Positions 45,024-54,768 of a DNA stretch of 64,000 nucleotides are shown piece after piece; position 1 is the stretch's first letter, and every line of letters starts with the position of its first letter. The DNA lies in the IMG/VR virus record IMGVR_UViG_3300005805_009925, positions 1,284 to 65,283 of that record; one strand, given 5' to 3'. The position numbers and the translations under genes were made by a program. This DNA comes from a virus. Taxonomy: Duplodnaviria; Caudoviricetes. Under the pieces are notes generated by a model. It did no database searches and had not been told where the DNA came from. It saw only the letters and a program-made list of their open reading frames with translations.

Positions 45024-46313
45024 TTAGGCGGTACGGAGAAGGGCGTGATGCTCTTCGAGGTGGAAGGACAGCGTGCCAGACCATTCAACCATGAGCTTCT
45101 TGTCGCGCTCGTTGTTGTTCGAGTATTCGCGTACATCGTAGTTCTTCGCTACGTGGTAGTCAATTTGCTCTGGGTCGATAACGCAGCACCAGTGTGATTG
45201 CGGAGTTCCAAGACGGAATGTCTCGTTGCGGATAAGATCAAGCGTATAGCCCATCCACTCATACGTCGTGATGTTGAGACCTGGTGTCTGCTTAGAAACA
45301 TTAAGGTCAGAACGACGATACTCGCGGAATGCCTTGTTAAAGTTATTCAGGAAGTCTGCGCCTACGAAAGCCCACTTGCGCTTAGCACCTTGATGAAGGA
45401 ATGCTTGCTTGTACATGAACTCGCTAACGAGGTTCTCGAAATCAAGACCTGCTTGAGCTGGGTTGTATACCGTTACGTTCGTGCGGATAGCATTGAGAAC
45501 GCCACGCATGTGGTGCGTAGGACGACCATTCTGATCGTAGTTTACAGCACGCTCGGAATACCAGCATGTGAGGTTGATTTGCTTCTTGAACTCTTCAATA
45601 ACTTCACGCTTTTGGAAGTCGAAGTCCTTCATTGAACCGTATGTCTGAACATACTCAAGCTCATCTTCTGTAACTTCAAGAACAGCTTCCTTGTGCTCGA
45701 CGAAGTTATAGTCGAATACAACGTCACGCTGATAGCCTGAAGCCTCGATTGGCTGAGATTCCCAGATTGTACGACCAAGATGCCAGAAATCTGATGTCGT
45801 TGGGGCTACAAATGCAACTGGCTCAACAACGCGAACAACAATTGTTCCTGGCGCTGTGCGTGTTTGCGATGCGCCATTGTTTACAAGTGCTGTCGAAAGT
45901 TGCATTTCAGTTCCATTGATACGGTAAGCCGCATCTGGAGTCGTCACGACTTCAACTGTCTGACCTGTAGCAACAATGTAGAGCTTATCCTGTGGCTGGT
46001 AAAGCATACCAGTTACACCAGGACGCGACGACTGAGCTACGCTCAAACGACCAAAGCGCGTTTCATTGTTTGCTAGAAGACCAGCTGTTGACGCTGTGAT
46101 TTGATCCAAGAAGTCAGTAGCATAGTACTTACGTACTTGTACCTTCTTGGTCTTAGGACGGCCTGCTGCTGAGATTTTCTCCATCAACGTAATGATTGGC
46201 GTAGCCTCTGGGTAGAGGGTGCGAATCTGTTCGCTGACATCAGGCTTTTGATTCTGTGGGTTGACCGTTTGGGTGGTCCGAATCCCACGTCGGGTGCTGT
46301 TAAGATATGCCAT
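45024..46313 (-). CDS. major capsid protein (HK97 fold)
   Basis: position after scaffold and portal; TPIITL, MRGVLNAI, VEWSGTL features; AAGGAG RBS. Confidence 0.85.
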   Translation of the reverse strand: MAYLNSTRRGIRTTQTVNPQNQKPDVSEQIRTLYPEATPIITLMEKISAAGRPKTKKVQVRKYYATDFLDQITASTAGLLANNETRFGRLSVAQSSRPGVTGMLYQPQDKLYIVATGQTVEVVTTPDAAYRINGTEMQLSTALVNNGASQTRTAPGTIVVRVVEPVAFVAPTTSDFWHLGRTIWESQPIEASGYQRDVVFDYNFVEHKEAVLEVTEDELEYVQTYGSMKDFDFQKREVIEEFKKQINLTCWYSERAVNYDQNGRPTHHMRGVLNAIRTNVTVYNPAQAGLDFENLVSEFMYKQAFLHQGAKRKWAFVGADFLNNFNKAFREYRRSDLNVSKQTPGLNITTYEWMGYTLDLIRNETFRLGTPQSHWCCVIDPEQIDYHVAKNYDVREYSNNNERDKKLMVEWSGTLSFHLEEHHALLRTA

Positions 46314-46344
46314 GTGGCGTCTCCTTAATTAAATAATAACTAAA

Positions 46345-47283
46345 TTACAATCCTAATCCTAGCAAAGCCTTTCGCCTATCCTCAACTGTATATCCAAGTT
46401 TCTGTTGAATTTGGCGCTTATTGGTTCCAGCGGACTTTGATCCGCCAACAACTCGTGGAGCTGACTTTGCTTTGTTCACTTGCTGAATCTTTGCGCTCGT
46501 AGCCGAGCCACGCTTATTCAGACCTGCATAACGAAGAATAGCTTGGGCTTGCTGCTTACTAAACTTAAATGTTCGAGCATCAATATTTGGATACAAATCC
46601 GCAACAGCTTTTTGAATCTTAGGGATGTCAGCATCACCTGAATAATCTAGACCGAGTTCTGTAAGCGCATCATCAAATACTTTTGAGTTGTGTGATGCTA
46701 CAGATTCTGCTACTCGTTCATTCTGCAATGAAGCAAGTTGTTTTTCAAGTTCGATACGCTTGGATTCTTCTTCCTTTACCTTCATGTAAATCTGCTTTTG
46801 CGTATCGTCAAGCTCGTCTAGGTATGGGTCAGTGTTGGAGTTTGTATTCATGTTGCTTACAATTTGTTGTAGATCGTTAAGAATTTCCTGCTCAGAATAA
46901 CCATTTGCCTTCATGTATGTCATACGTGAAAGCAAAGGATCCTTTGCTACAAAGTCAACAAGAGCTTTAGATTGGTTAGCTTGTTGCTGATAGTATTGAG
47001 CTTGGTGTAAAAGCTCGTCAAAGTGCTGACCTTTAGATACAACCTCGGTTAGACTGTCTTGGTCAAAGACTGACTCGACATAAGAACCGTCAAGCTGGCG
47101 TACTGGTACAGCTAGTTGGAAATCATCTGGAGCATCTACGACATTATCATCTAGTTCATCAGTCGCCTGCTCTTCGTCGTCGAAGACTTCGGGTTCTTCT
47201 AGTAACCCTTCTTCGTCGAACCCTTCTTGGTTGACTTCTTCTTCATTGTATTCTTCCTCTTGGTTAAGAAATTCTGAATCCAT
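46345..47283 (-). CDS. capsid scaffolding protein
   Basis: acidic N-terminus, coiled coil, basic C-terminus; between portal and MCP. Confidence 0.7.
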   Translation of the reverse strand: MDSEFLNQEEEYNEEEVNQEGFDEEGLLEEPEVFDDEEQATDELDDNVVDAPDDFQLAVPVRQLDGSYVESVFDQDSLTEVVSKGQHFDELLHQAQYYQQQANQSKALVDFVAKDPLLSRMTYMKANGYSEQEILNDLQQIVSNMNTNSNTDPYLDELDDTQKQIYMKVKEEESKRIELEKQLASLQNERVAESVASHNSKVFDDALTELGLDYSGDADIPKIQKAVADLYPNIDARTFKFSKQQAQAILRYAGLNKRGSATSAKIQQVNKAKSAPRVVGGSKSAGTNKRQIQQKLGYTVEDRRKALLGLGL

Positions 47284-47302
47284 AATACATCCTCAAGGTA
47301 AT

Positions 47303-49294
47303 CTACATAGTAGATTGGTTTCCGCCCAAAGTAGGATTTGCAGAACCCTGCGTGGCGGTGACAGCATTCTGCATTTCTAGTTGTTCTTTCATTTGCTTCT
47401 TCATAACAGAATCCTGAACAGACTGCTGCATCTTCTGCATCTTCTGTTGCTCTGCCTGCTGTTGCTGGTATTGCTGTATAGAAGGAATAAGAGCTAGGAT
47501 TCTATCTTTTGTAGTCTGCTCAAGAGATGAGTACTCTAGCAACGTAGTAATTATCACATCAGGTGGAAGTGCTGGTCCGATTGTTTGGAACAGCTCTTTG
47601 ACCTGTACGAACTGACGTTCTTTCGCAGTTACGGTATCTACTGCCTCTGAGATTACTATATCCATCCTAGCGCTGGCTAGGGAATCTAGGATAGGCTGTT
47701 CAAGTAGTATCCATTCTGGCTTACCGTCCTCACCTAGTATTCGCATTTGCTGCTCTGGTGCTAGGTAACGACGCATATACCAAAGCGCCATCTCGGTAAC
47801 CTTGCGACGCCAAGAATTAATGTGTGCAAATACTGGCATACGAGCCATGCCTGCTGCTTCTTGGCGAGCACGAACGGCTGCGCCAGATTCCGCTGCGTTC
47901 TCCTGCAAGCCTAGAGCATTTCGACCACCAACAATATCAGTCATGTGGCTAATAGCCATGCTAATAGCTGGAACGAGGTCTGACTGTGCAGGCTGGTTTG
48001 GAACTACATTGATAGCATCGTGAGCTAATACAGGAATCTTAGGAGATACCTTAGATGCTTCGCGGTTTAGGTTCTCAATGCTAAACCCTCGCTTGAGCTT
48101 AGCTTCGATTACAGTCATGATGTTCTTATTGCCACGACCAATCTGGTTGTCGAGCTCAGAAATCATACGGTTCTGGAACATCTGTGGGTCAATCAATTGA
48201 TCCACAAATGACCAGTACTCACCGTCATCATGATAACAGAATGATACCTGATATGGGAAGTCAGGTAGATCAGTTACTTCACGGGATACAGCCTCATCAC
48301 CAAAAATTAAGGTTTGAATAACAATGTCTTTAGAAAGCGTAACAATTGAAACGAGGTCATTTCCCTCGCCATCAATCATATTTGTATCGCCCTCCATGTA
48401 TTGTTGCATCAAACCTTCAAGATGGCTCTGTGCCTGCGATTGCTCATCGTATTCAGTTAGTTCATTTGAGATTTGGTCAACTACAATATAAATGTATTGA
48501 CGTGCTTTCTCGAAATGCTCAACTGCAATGATGTCTCCACGGAGATCGGTTTCCTTCAGTGCGCGACCAGCTTCAGCCATATACTGCTGACGTGGCGTCA
48601 TGATTTCAAAACGAGCTATAGTAGACTCATTGCCAAATCCAGCTGCATTACGAACTGCTTCTTCAAACTCAGGCCAGCGCTCAATAGCGTCTTGGCGTGA
48701 GATTGGGATAATGCGTGCCATCCACTTTGCGTCTGATAGACTGACATCTACCGAATTAGCATCCCACATCATTTGATAGATTGGGATTCTTTCAACTACT
48801 GGACGACCAGATAATCCGTCAGTAAGAGCCCATCGTGTAACAGTGCATCCAGCTTTCTTAACAATCATGTCATAGAAAACTTCAGACTCTACTTCATCCA
48901 TGCGATTGATTTGATCGCACCATTTGATAAGTCGATTGGCTACGTATGCTGTTGGCTCATCACCTGGCTCCATAGGAATAACACTAGCTTCGACTCTACG
49001 TGCTGAGTGAACTCCCAATACAGCATTTACTTTAGGCGAGATTTGGTCGAATACGTAAGGTATACGATTCTGGCGCAAGTGAGCTTCGCGCTCTTCGTCA
49101 TCCCACTGATCTCCCTGAACGAATGCTGAGTTACGACGTGCTTCATCCCATGCCTGAATAAACAGTGGGCGAGCCGTTTCGATGTCTTCCCAAATTCTAG
49201 TGTAGACATCTGAAAGATTTTCTTCAGCGAATATATCTTTTGCTATAACGCTGTTCGGTACTTCAGATACCCTGAATGGGGTGTACTCAGTCAT
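47303..49294 (-). CDS. portal protein (P22-like)
   Basis: FVQGDQW, NRIPYVFDQISPKVNAVLG, LIDPQ, SGAAVRARQ; Q-rich barrel. Confidence 0.9.
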   Translation of the reverse strand: MTEYTPFRVSEVPNSVIAKDIFAEENLSDVYTRIWEDIETARPLFIQAWDEARRNSAFVQGDQWDDEEREAHLRQNRIPYVFDQISPKVNAVLGVHSARRVEASVIPMEPGDEPTAYVANRLIKWCDQINRMDEVESEVFYDMIVKKAGCTVTRWALTDGLSGRPVVERIPIYQMMWDANSVDVSLSDAKWMARIIPISRQDAIERWPEFEEAVRNAAGFGNESTIARFEIMTPRQQYMAEAGRALKETDLRGDIIAVEHFEKARQYIYIVVDQISNELTEYDEQSQAQSHLEGLMQQYMEGDTNMIDGEGNDLVSIVTLSKDIVIQTLIFGDEAVSREVTDLPDFPYQVSFCYHDDGEYWSFVDQLIDPQMFQNRMISELDNQIGRGNKNIMTVIEAKLKRGFSIENLNREASKVSPKIPVLAHDAINVVPNQPAQSDLVPAISMAISHMTDIVGGRNALGLQENAAESGAAVRARQEAAGMARMPVFAHINSWRRKVTEMALWYMRRYLAPEQQMRILGEDGKPEWILLEQPILDSLASARMDIVISEAVDTVTAKERQFVQVKELFQTIGPALPPDVIITTLLEYSSLEQTTKDRILALIPSIQQYQQQQAEQQKMQKMQQSVQDSVMKKQMKEQLEMQNAVTATQGSANPTLGGNQSTM

Positions 49295-49532
49295 ACTCCT
49301 CTTCCATAGAATCTTCGCTGTGCATATCCTTACACATAGCTACTGCTTCGTCAATTATATCGTATGCTTCTTCTACGTTTCCTTCATCAATCATATCAGC
49401 TGCTTGACGAAGCATAGAACTAGGAGAAGATTCTTCTTCTTCTGGCTCTTCCATCTTTTCTTCGCGCATAGACTTAGGCTTAATCTTGTAAGTGATTTTA
49501 AGCATGTCTTTGCCTATTGATGGCTTTTCCAT
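49287..49532 (-). CDS. small acidic hypothetical protein
   Basis: between terminase and portal. Confidence 0.6.
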   Translation of the reverse strand: MEKPSIGKDMLKITYKIKPKSMREEKMEEPEEEESSPSSMLRQAADMIDEGNVEEAYDIIDEAVAMCKDMHSEDSMEEEYD

Positions 49533-49539
49533 AATTCAC

Positions 49540-50985
49540 CTAGTAAATTGCGTAACGTGAAACGACTAAATCTTCATACTCCACAAAGTCAGAAGAGTAC
49601 CCAGATTGTTGCAAAAATGCATACCTATTTCTGTCAGTCCCTAATTCTTTTTCCGAATTGTCAATAGTTCCATCATAATTGATGGTAGCTCCATAGGGTA
49701 TATGGCTAAGCAGATAGCGCATAGCATCCACATAGTCATCCTGACCACGAGTGTTTAAGTCTGGCTTATTATTAGCATATCTCTGCAATGGAATAGTTTC
49801 AATAAGCCCAGAACAGTTAGCAAAGATTTTCAGCTTTGTAGGCTTTGACGGAGGATTATTAGACATATAGGTCTTAATATTAATCCATCCATTAACGCGC
49901 TCATTGATAGCTGGCTGAACATACATTCCAGCCTGCTCAAACATCATAGCAGGAGATAAAGCATCTGCGGTTTCGCCACGCCTCGACTTCATAGAATTAG
50001 GGTCAAAGTATGTAGCAGCATAGTCTGCATCACCACTGGCACTCAATATCATGTCTATGAATATATCCGTAGTGTCCTTAGTGGATACTTCGTCGTAGAT
50101 ATATACTGTACCATTCTTGGGGTCTTGCGCTGCAAATAGACACACCGATGGGTGTAATCCATACCCCAAGTCAACAGCTCTCCATCTAACCCAGTCTTTG
50201 GGTATCTCAAATGTGTCAATAACTACGTGTACCCTAGGGTCCCATTCTCCGAAGAATGCACCACTCATGACATCCCATGAGCCGAGAAGCCACTGGGCGC
50301 GAAGATCTTCAGGAAGAGTTTCTAGGTAGTCAATGTAGTCCTGAGTAGCATGGGGATTATCGTACACACCAAATGGTATGTAAGCGTACTCGTCTTTTTT
50401 AACAAGCTCCTTTGGTTCCCACTTGTTATAGTCTGGCATAGCCCAATACTTCTTGACATACCCATCACACGTACCGCCTGGGTTACAGGTCATAATCATG
50501 GTAGGCTTAAACCCACTATCACCAAAGTCACGCAAAGAACCTAAGAGTCGTCTGATTGCGTTTTCTGTTAGCTGGTTTCCTTCATCAAGAATGAGTAGAC
50601 CAATTTCAATACCTTGAAGTTTCGATACATCGGTTTCTTCTTCGATGGACCTAAAATAGATAACGGAACCGTTGGCAAAATATGCTGACTTTTTTGTTTC
50701 TCGCCAAGTAAATAACTTACCTGGATAATATCTTTTAAGTAGTTCATTTTCAATGATTTGCTGACGCAATTCATCAAGAGACTTACGTATAATCATAATG
50801 CGCAAGCCTGGAAATAGTACAGCGCAGAGCACTGCTATTGCCACTACTAGATAAGTTTTACCACCGCCACGGGCTCCACCAGCTACGATGTAAGACTTTC
50901 TACCGATGAAGTTAAATACTTCTTGCTGTTTAGGCGAGAACTGAATTAGTTCAGATATATTTATTTCCTGAACCTTTTTATTCAT
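49540..50985 (-). CDS. terL: terminase large subunit
   Basis: Walker A GGARGGGKT, Walker B LLILDEG, TCNPGG, AVDLG nuclease, DDYVDAMRY; start at ATG 50985 coupled to terS. Confidence 0.95.
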   Translation of the reverse strand: MNKKVQEINISELIQFSPKQQEVFNFIGRKSYIVAGGARGGGKTYLVVAIAVLCAVLFPGLRIMIIRKSLDELRQQIIENELLKRYYPGKLFTWRETKKSAYFANGSVIYFRSIEEETDVSKLQGIEIGLLILDEGNQLTENAIRRLLGSLRDFGDSGFKPTMIMTCNPGGTCDGYVKKYWAMPDYNKWEPKELVKKDEYAYIPFGVYDNPHATQDYIDYLETLPEDLRAQWLLGSWDVMSGAFFGEWDPRVHVVIDTFEIPKDWVRWRAVDLGYGLHPSVCLFAAQDPKNGTVYIYDEVSTKDTTDIFIDMILSASGDADYAATYFDPNSMKSRRGETADALSPAMMFEQAGMYVQPAINERVNGWINIKTYMSNNPPSKPTKLKIFANCSGLIETIPLQRYANNKPDLNTRGQDDYVDAMRYLLSHIPYGATINYDGTIDNSEKELGTDRNRYAFLQQSGYSSDFVEYEDLVVSRYAIY

Positions 50986-51349
50986 CCTTGCTTGGCAATC
51001 TTGGTGGTACGTGTGTTGCGGATACATTTACCGTAATAGATCCGCCTTCTTCCAATTGAAGCTCTCGACGTTTGATGATGTGGTTAGCTATCGAGGTTAA
51101 GCTATTTACGGCTTTAATTCTTATGTCGTCGTCAGCAGCATTGCCTATTATATCGGTAAGCCTATCTATAGAAAGAAGCATGCCAGCAGTAGCACCTTTC
51201 TGTAAAGCATCCAAATCAATGTCTAATCCGTCAATGATTCTATTGACAGCTAGTACTATTTGGTTGTCTGTAGATCGGATTCCACTTGAAGATATTTGCA
51301 TACCCTGCAAGTCATCTTCTGTGATACTTTTAGGTTTTGCTTTTTTCAT
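50978..51349 (-). CDS. probable terminase small subunit
   Basis: 123 aa, helical, directly upstream of and overlapping terL. Confidence 0.6.
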   Translation of the reverse strand: MKKAKPKSITEDDLQGMQISSSGIRSTDNQIVLAVNRIIDGLDIDLDALQKGATAGMLLSIDRLTDIIGNAADDDIRIKAVNSLTSIANHIIKRRELQLEEGGSITVNVSATHVPPRLPSKDE

Positions 51350-51385
51350 GTTCTAATTTACGACAAAATATCAGAAATGTAAAAT

Positions 51386-52288
51386 ATGGCATTCGACTGG
51401 AATCTACTAACGCAAGCACTTGGTGCTGGTGCGTCCATGATACCTGGAATTGGTCCTCTAGGTGGACTTGCTACTGGAGTATTGCAAGGACTTGGTGATG
51501 CCTTTGGTATTAGCAGTGGTGGTGGCAGTGGACTGCAATCACCAGAAACGCAACAAGGATTAGACAAGCTGTCCCAAATCCAGCAGATGGCATCATACAC
51601 CTCGACTGGTGCAGAAGGCGCTGCTGCTAACCGAGAATCGGCAGAAGCTGCCCGTAGATTTATTGGCCAGCAAACAGCAGAAGGACGACTTGCATCACAG
51701 CAACAGCAAGCACTTGGTTCGGCTGCATTAGGTGGCGCTCAGGCTACAACAGATTTAGCACGTAGCGCAGCCATGATGAATCTTGGCAACCAGAATCGCA
51801 ATCTTATGCAACAGGCTGCAGCCGCTGGTGGAAGTCCTGCGGCACTGGCTGGAATAGCTTCAAACCTTGGACAAGCCAACACTCAGACTTTGAACTCATT
51901 GGCACAACAGGGAGCGGCCGCTCAGCAAGCAGGACTATCCCAAGCTGGTCAAGCGTTTGCAGCATCCGAGCAAGTACGCAATGCAGATTTAGCTCAGCAG
52001 CTAGCTAACTTCCAGCCGTATGCTTTGCAGAAGTTTGGTGGAACTACAGCTGGTGGACTAGGACAGCTTGGTCAATATCAGCAGACTATGGCTCAGACTA
52101 ATGCGATGGAAGATCCACTTGCACTTCTCAAGCAGATGGGTGGCAAGGGAGCTAACTTGCTACAGGATCAGCCTTACAGTGAAGCTACAATTAACGATAT
52201 GATTCAGAAGGCGCTTGGTCGTTTTGGTGCACCTCAAGCACCTTATACTGGACCTTTAAGCCCAGGATATAAATACGGTAAACGGTAA
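51386..52288 (+). CDS. DNA pilot/ejection-like protein
   Basis: Gly-rich hydrophobic N-terminus (LGAGASMIPGIGPLGGL) then A/Q-rich coiled coil. Confidence 0.6.
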   Translation: MAFDWNLLTQALGAGASMIPGIGPLGGLATGVLQGLGDAFGISSGGGSGLQSPETQQGLDKLSQIQQMASYTSTGAEGAAANRESAEAARRFIGQQTAEGRLASQQQQALGSAALGGAQATTDLARSAAMMNLGNQNRNLMQQAAAAGGSPAALAGIASNLGQANTQTLNSLAQQGAAAQQAGLSQAGQAFAASEQVRNADLAQQLANFQPYALQKFGGTTAGGLGQLGQYQQTMAQTNAMEDPLALLKQMGGKGANLLQDQPYSEATINDMIQKALGRFGAPQAPYTGPLSPGYKYGKR

Positions 52289-52290
52289 AT

Positions 52291-52815
52291 ATGGCACAGT
52301 ACATCCAACACCCAGCGCTTATGGGCGCACAAATGGCTGGTGATCTTACTAAGCAGCGTATGAACTTAGTTGGTCAGGGAGTAACACAAGCAGTAGATGC
52401 TCTTAATCGTCAGGCTGCTGCCGATGCCGCCAGCATGGATAAATTAATGCAGTATCAAAGTCTCATAAAGGCTAACATTAATCCTTTGACAATGCAGAAC
52501 TATGCACAAGGAACTGCACCATCTTTAGATTTTATGAAGAATTTCATAGAATATGATATGCTAAAGAAGGCTGCTCGTGGTGGGTACAATCCTACGAAAG
52601 TTCCTGGTACTCCAGGATGGTATACTGGAGCTCCTAATCTTACTCCTGCTGCTGAAACACCTATTGTATCTGGTGTGTACAACCCTGAGTACCAGCCTAC
52701 TACTGGAGCAACATTTGAAATTCCTATTTCACAAAGAAATTATCCAGTACAGCAACAACGATCTTTGGCTAGGGATATTCTTAATCTAGATATTTTTGGT
52801 ATACAAAATCCATGA
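52291..52815 (+). CDS. possible second internal virion protein
   Basis: A/Q/G-rich, coupled to the pilot-like gene. Confidence 0.5.
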   Translation: MAQYIQHPALMGAQMAGDLTKQRMNLVGQGVTQAVDALNRQAAADAASMDKLMQYQSLIKANINPLTMQNYAQGTAPSLDFMKNFIEYDMLKKAARGGYNPTKVPGTPGWYTGAPNLTPAAETPIVSGVYNPEYQPTTGATFEIPISQRNYPVQQQRSLARDILNLDIFGIQNP

Positions 52816-52964
52816 GTAAACCAAAGAAAACGGGGCTTGGTTCGGGCCCCATTCATATTGCTGGCAAACCTAAGAAAACACGTCAGGGCGCATCTAAGCG
52901 CACCAAGCATAGCCCTACCCCTAGCAATAAAGCTACTAAGGCTTATCGCGGTCAGGGACGCTAG
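52812..52964 (+). CDS. 50-aa basic peptide (not in ORF track)
   Basis: MSKPKK...KPKKTRQG...KAYRGQGR*, a pattern known from marine and freshwater phage small proteins. Confidence 0.65.
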   Translation: MSKPKKTGLGSGPIHIAGKPKKTRQGASKRTKHSPTPSNKATKAYRGQGR

Positions 52965-53262
52965 TCTTAGGATACTTAGCTGTCTTATACAGCTGATAAT
53001 ACATTTGCTCTAATCCTGCTGCAAGTTCTTCATCATCCTCTTTGCCGAGGATGTGCAGTGCTGCATGTACGAACTCATGTAGAAATGTCTGAAACATAGA
53101 ATCGTCAGACACCTTTTTGCTGTTTACAGTTTTAGCAATATGTATGATATGCTCTGTAGTATAACAGATTCCATGTACATACTCACCTGGCTCGCCAATA
53201 CTCTTGACTAGCTTGACTTTCCAAGTGTGAGCTCCTAGCTTGAATGACGTAGGTATCCTCAT
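52936..53262 (-). CDS. HExxH zincin-like metallopeptidase
   Basis: TFLHEFVHAALH...E motif. Confidence 0.75.
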   Translation of the reverse strand: MRIPTSFKLGAHTWKVKLVKSIGEPGEYVHGICYTTEHIIHIAKTVNSKKVSDDSMFQTFLHEFVHAALHILGKEDDEELAAGLEQMYYQLYKTAKYPKTSVPDRDKP

Positions 53263-54371
53263 ATCGTCTTACCATCCATAATGATGCGGTTGTAAAATAC
53301 GAAGCTACCATCATCCTCAACAGTCAATTCTCCATAGCCATGATTCCAAGCAGGACGGCTGGCATAGTGAGGGTTAAGATCACACAAACATCCAGTAGTA
53401 TAAACCTGTAAGAACTCACCGTCGATAGGTTTACGGACTACTGAGTTACTTGTCTTGTGTACGTGACCAACAATAAGATTATCGTATGCCTTTAAGAAAT
53501 AACCACGCGCAGGGTTCACTGATCCACCGCTACCAAAGTATTCGTGACCGTGGTCGATATTCATGTTGCCAGCCTTCATCTTAGCTCGCTCGTTTACCCA
53601 TTCAATTCCATACTTATGAAGGTGTAACATTTCATTCAGGTGTATCGTACCCTGAAACTCAGCTGCCTTGCGAGCTATATACGCAGCAAAGCGTTCCTCA
53701 TGGTTTCCTTCTCGGTAAACAATGCGTACATTATCTCCAAAGAATTGCCTAAGATGTTCTAGCATTTTACGACTAACATCAAGTTCCCATGCCCAGTTTC
53801 GTTTTGCCTCAACCTTCTCGTGACGCGATAGATTGTAAACATCCATCATGTCGCCATTCAATACTAAAGTATCGACACCCCAGTCTTTAAGATTGCTAAT
53901 TGCTGTGTAGTATGCTCCCTTAATCTTGCCATCACCATCCTTATACATATCATGGAAAGGCCAGTGAGCATCAGATATAATGCCAATCTTACCTGGGTTA
54001 ATTTCGCAAGTAATGTCTGGGCGAAGTTCCCCCATCATTGGTGTTACTTCTTCATCCATACCGAACACGTATCCACGGGGTTGGTTAGGCAGAGTAGCAG
54101 CGTTATACTCATCAGAAACCTTCTTTAGCTCCTGACTTGTAACCTTGCCGCCTTTAGACTTGTACTCAGGATTCTGTGGTGGCACGGTAGTACGAACCTT
54201 TCTAGCTATACGCTTGAGCTTCTGTTCTCTTGCGTCAGCTACACTGTCAAAAGCATTTTTAATCTGAGCACCCCTAGCACGACCACCTGCACGTTTAAGA
54301 TCGAGCAGCCGTTCTTCACGTTGTTCTCTGATTATCTCAAATTCTTCATCACTTATGCGTACTCTAGGCAT
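53259..54371 (-). CDS. calcineurin-like metallophosphoesterase
   Basis: DAH, GDMMD, GNHE, HGH, GHVH motifs. Confidence 0.88.
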   Translation of the reverse strand: MPRVRISDEEFEIIREQREERLLDLKRAGGRARGAQIKNAFDSVADAREQKLKRIARKVRTTVPPQNPEYKSKGGKVTSQELKKVSDEYNAATLPNQPRGYVFGMDEEVTPMMGELRPDITCEINPGKIGIISDAHWPFHDMYKDGDGKIKGAYYTAISNLKDWGVDTLVLNGDMMDVYNLSRHEKVEAKRNWAWELDVSRKMLEHLRQFFGDNVRIVYREGNHEERFAAYIARKAAEFQGTIHLNEMLHLHKYGIEWVNERAKMKAGNMNIDHGHEYFGSGGSVNPARGYFLKAYDNLIVGHVHKTSNSVVRKPIDGEFLQVYTTGCLCDLNPHYASRPAWNHGYGELTVEDDGSFVFYNRIIMDGKTI

Positions 54372-54372
54372 A

Positions 54373-54756
54373 TTACAGTATTGTGCAGAATGCGGTTAGA
54401 TGAAATGTTTCAGCGTTATTAGTAGTAAAGCGTAACTCTTGGTTGGTATGCAGTTTCAGATTTATCGGCCTAAGTGTAATCTTCCACGTAGGCGTGAGAG
54501 ATCCTGCAGCAACGCCAGGAGTAGGAACAGCGGTTACTGGGTATTCAGCAAGCAGTGTTGTGGTTGGGCCAGTAGTGCTATATGCATACATTCGGATAGC
54601 GCCGCCTGTAGTTACTCCAGCTGCTGAAATCTGGATTTCATCTATTACTGTCCCTGGGTTAGTACCAGTAACAAGTGTTACATACGCACCAGTAGCACCG
54701 CTAATATTTGTGTTTGCAGTGTTAAGGGTTGCGTTGTTATACATGTGAATTGACAT
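54373..54756 (-). CDS. small beta-rich structural protein
   Basis: Thr/Ala/Gly-rich; downstream of fibre-like genes. Confidence 0.55.
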   Translation of the reverse strand: MSIHMYNNATLNTANTNISGATGAYVTLVTGTNPGTVIDEIQISAAGVTTGGAIRMYAYSTTGPTTTLLAEYPVTAVPTPGVAAGSLTPTWKITLRPINLKLHTNQELRFTTNNAETFHLTAFCTIL

Positions 54757-54768
54757 TCAAACCTCTTA

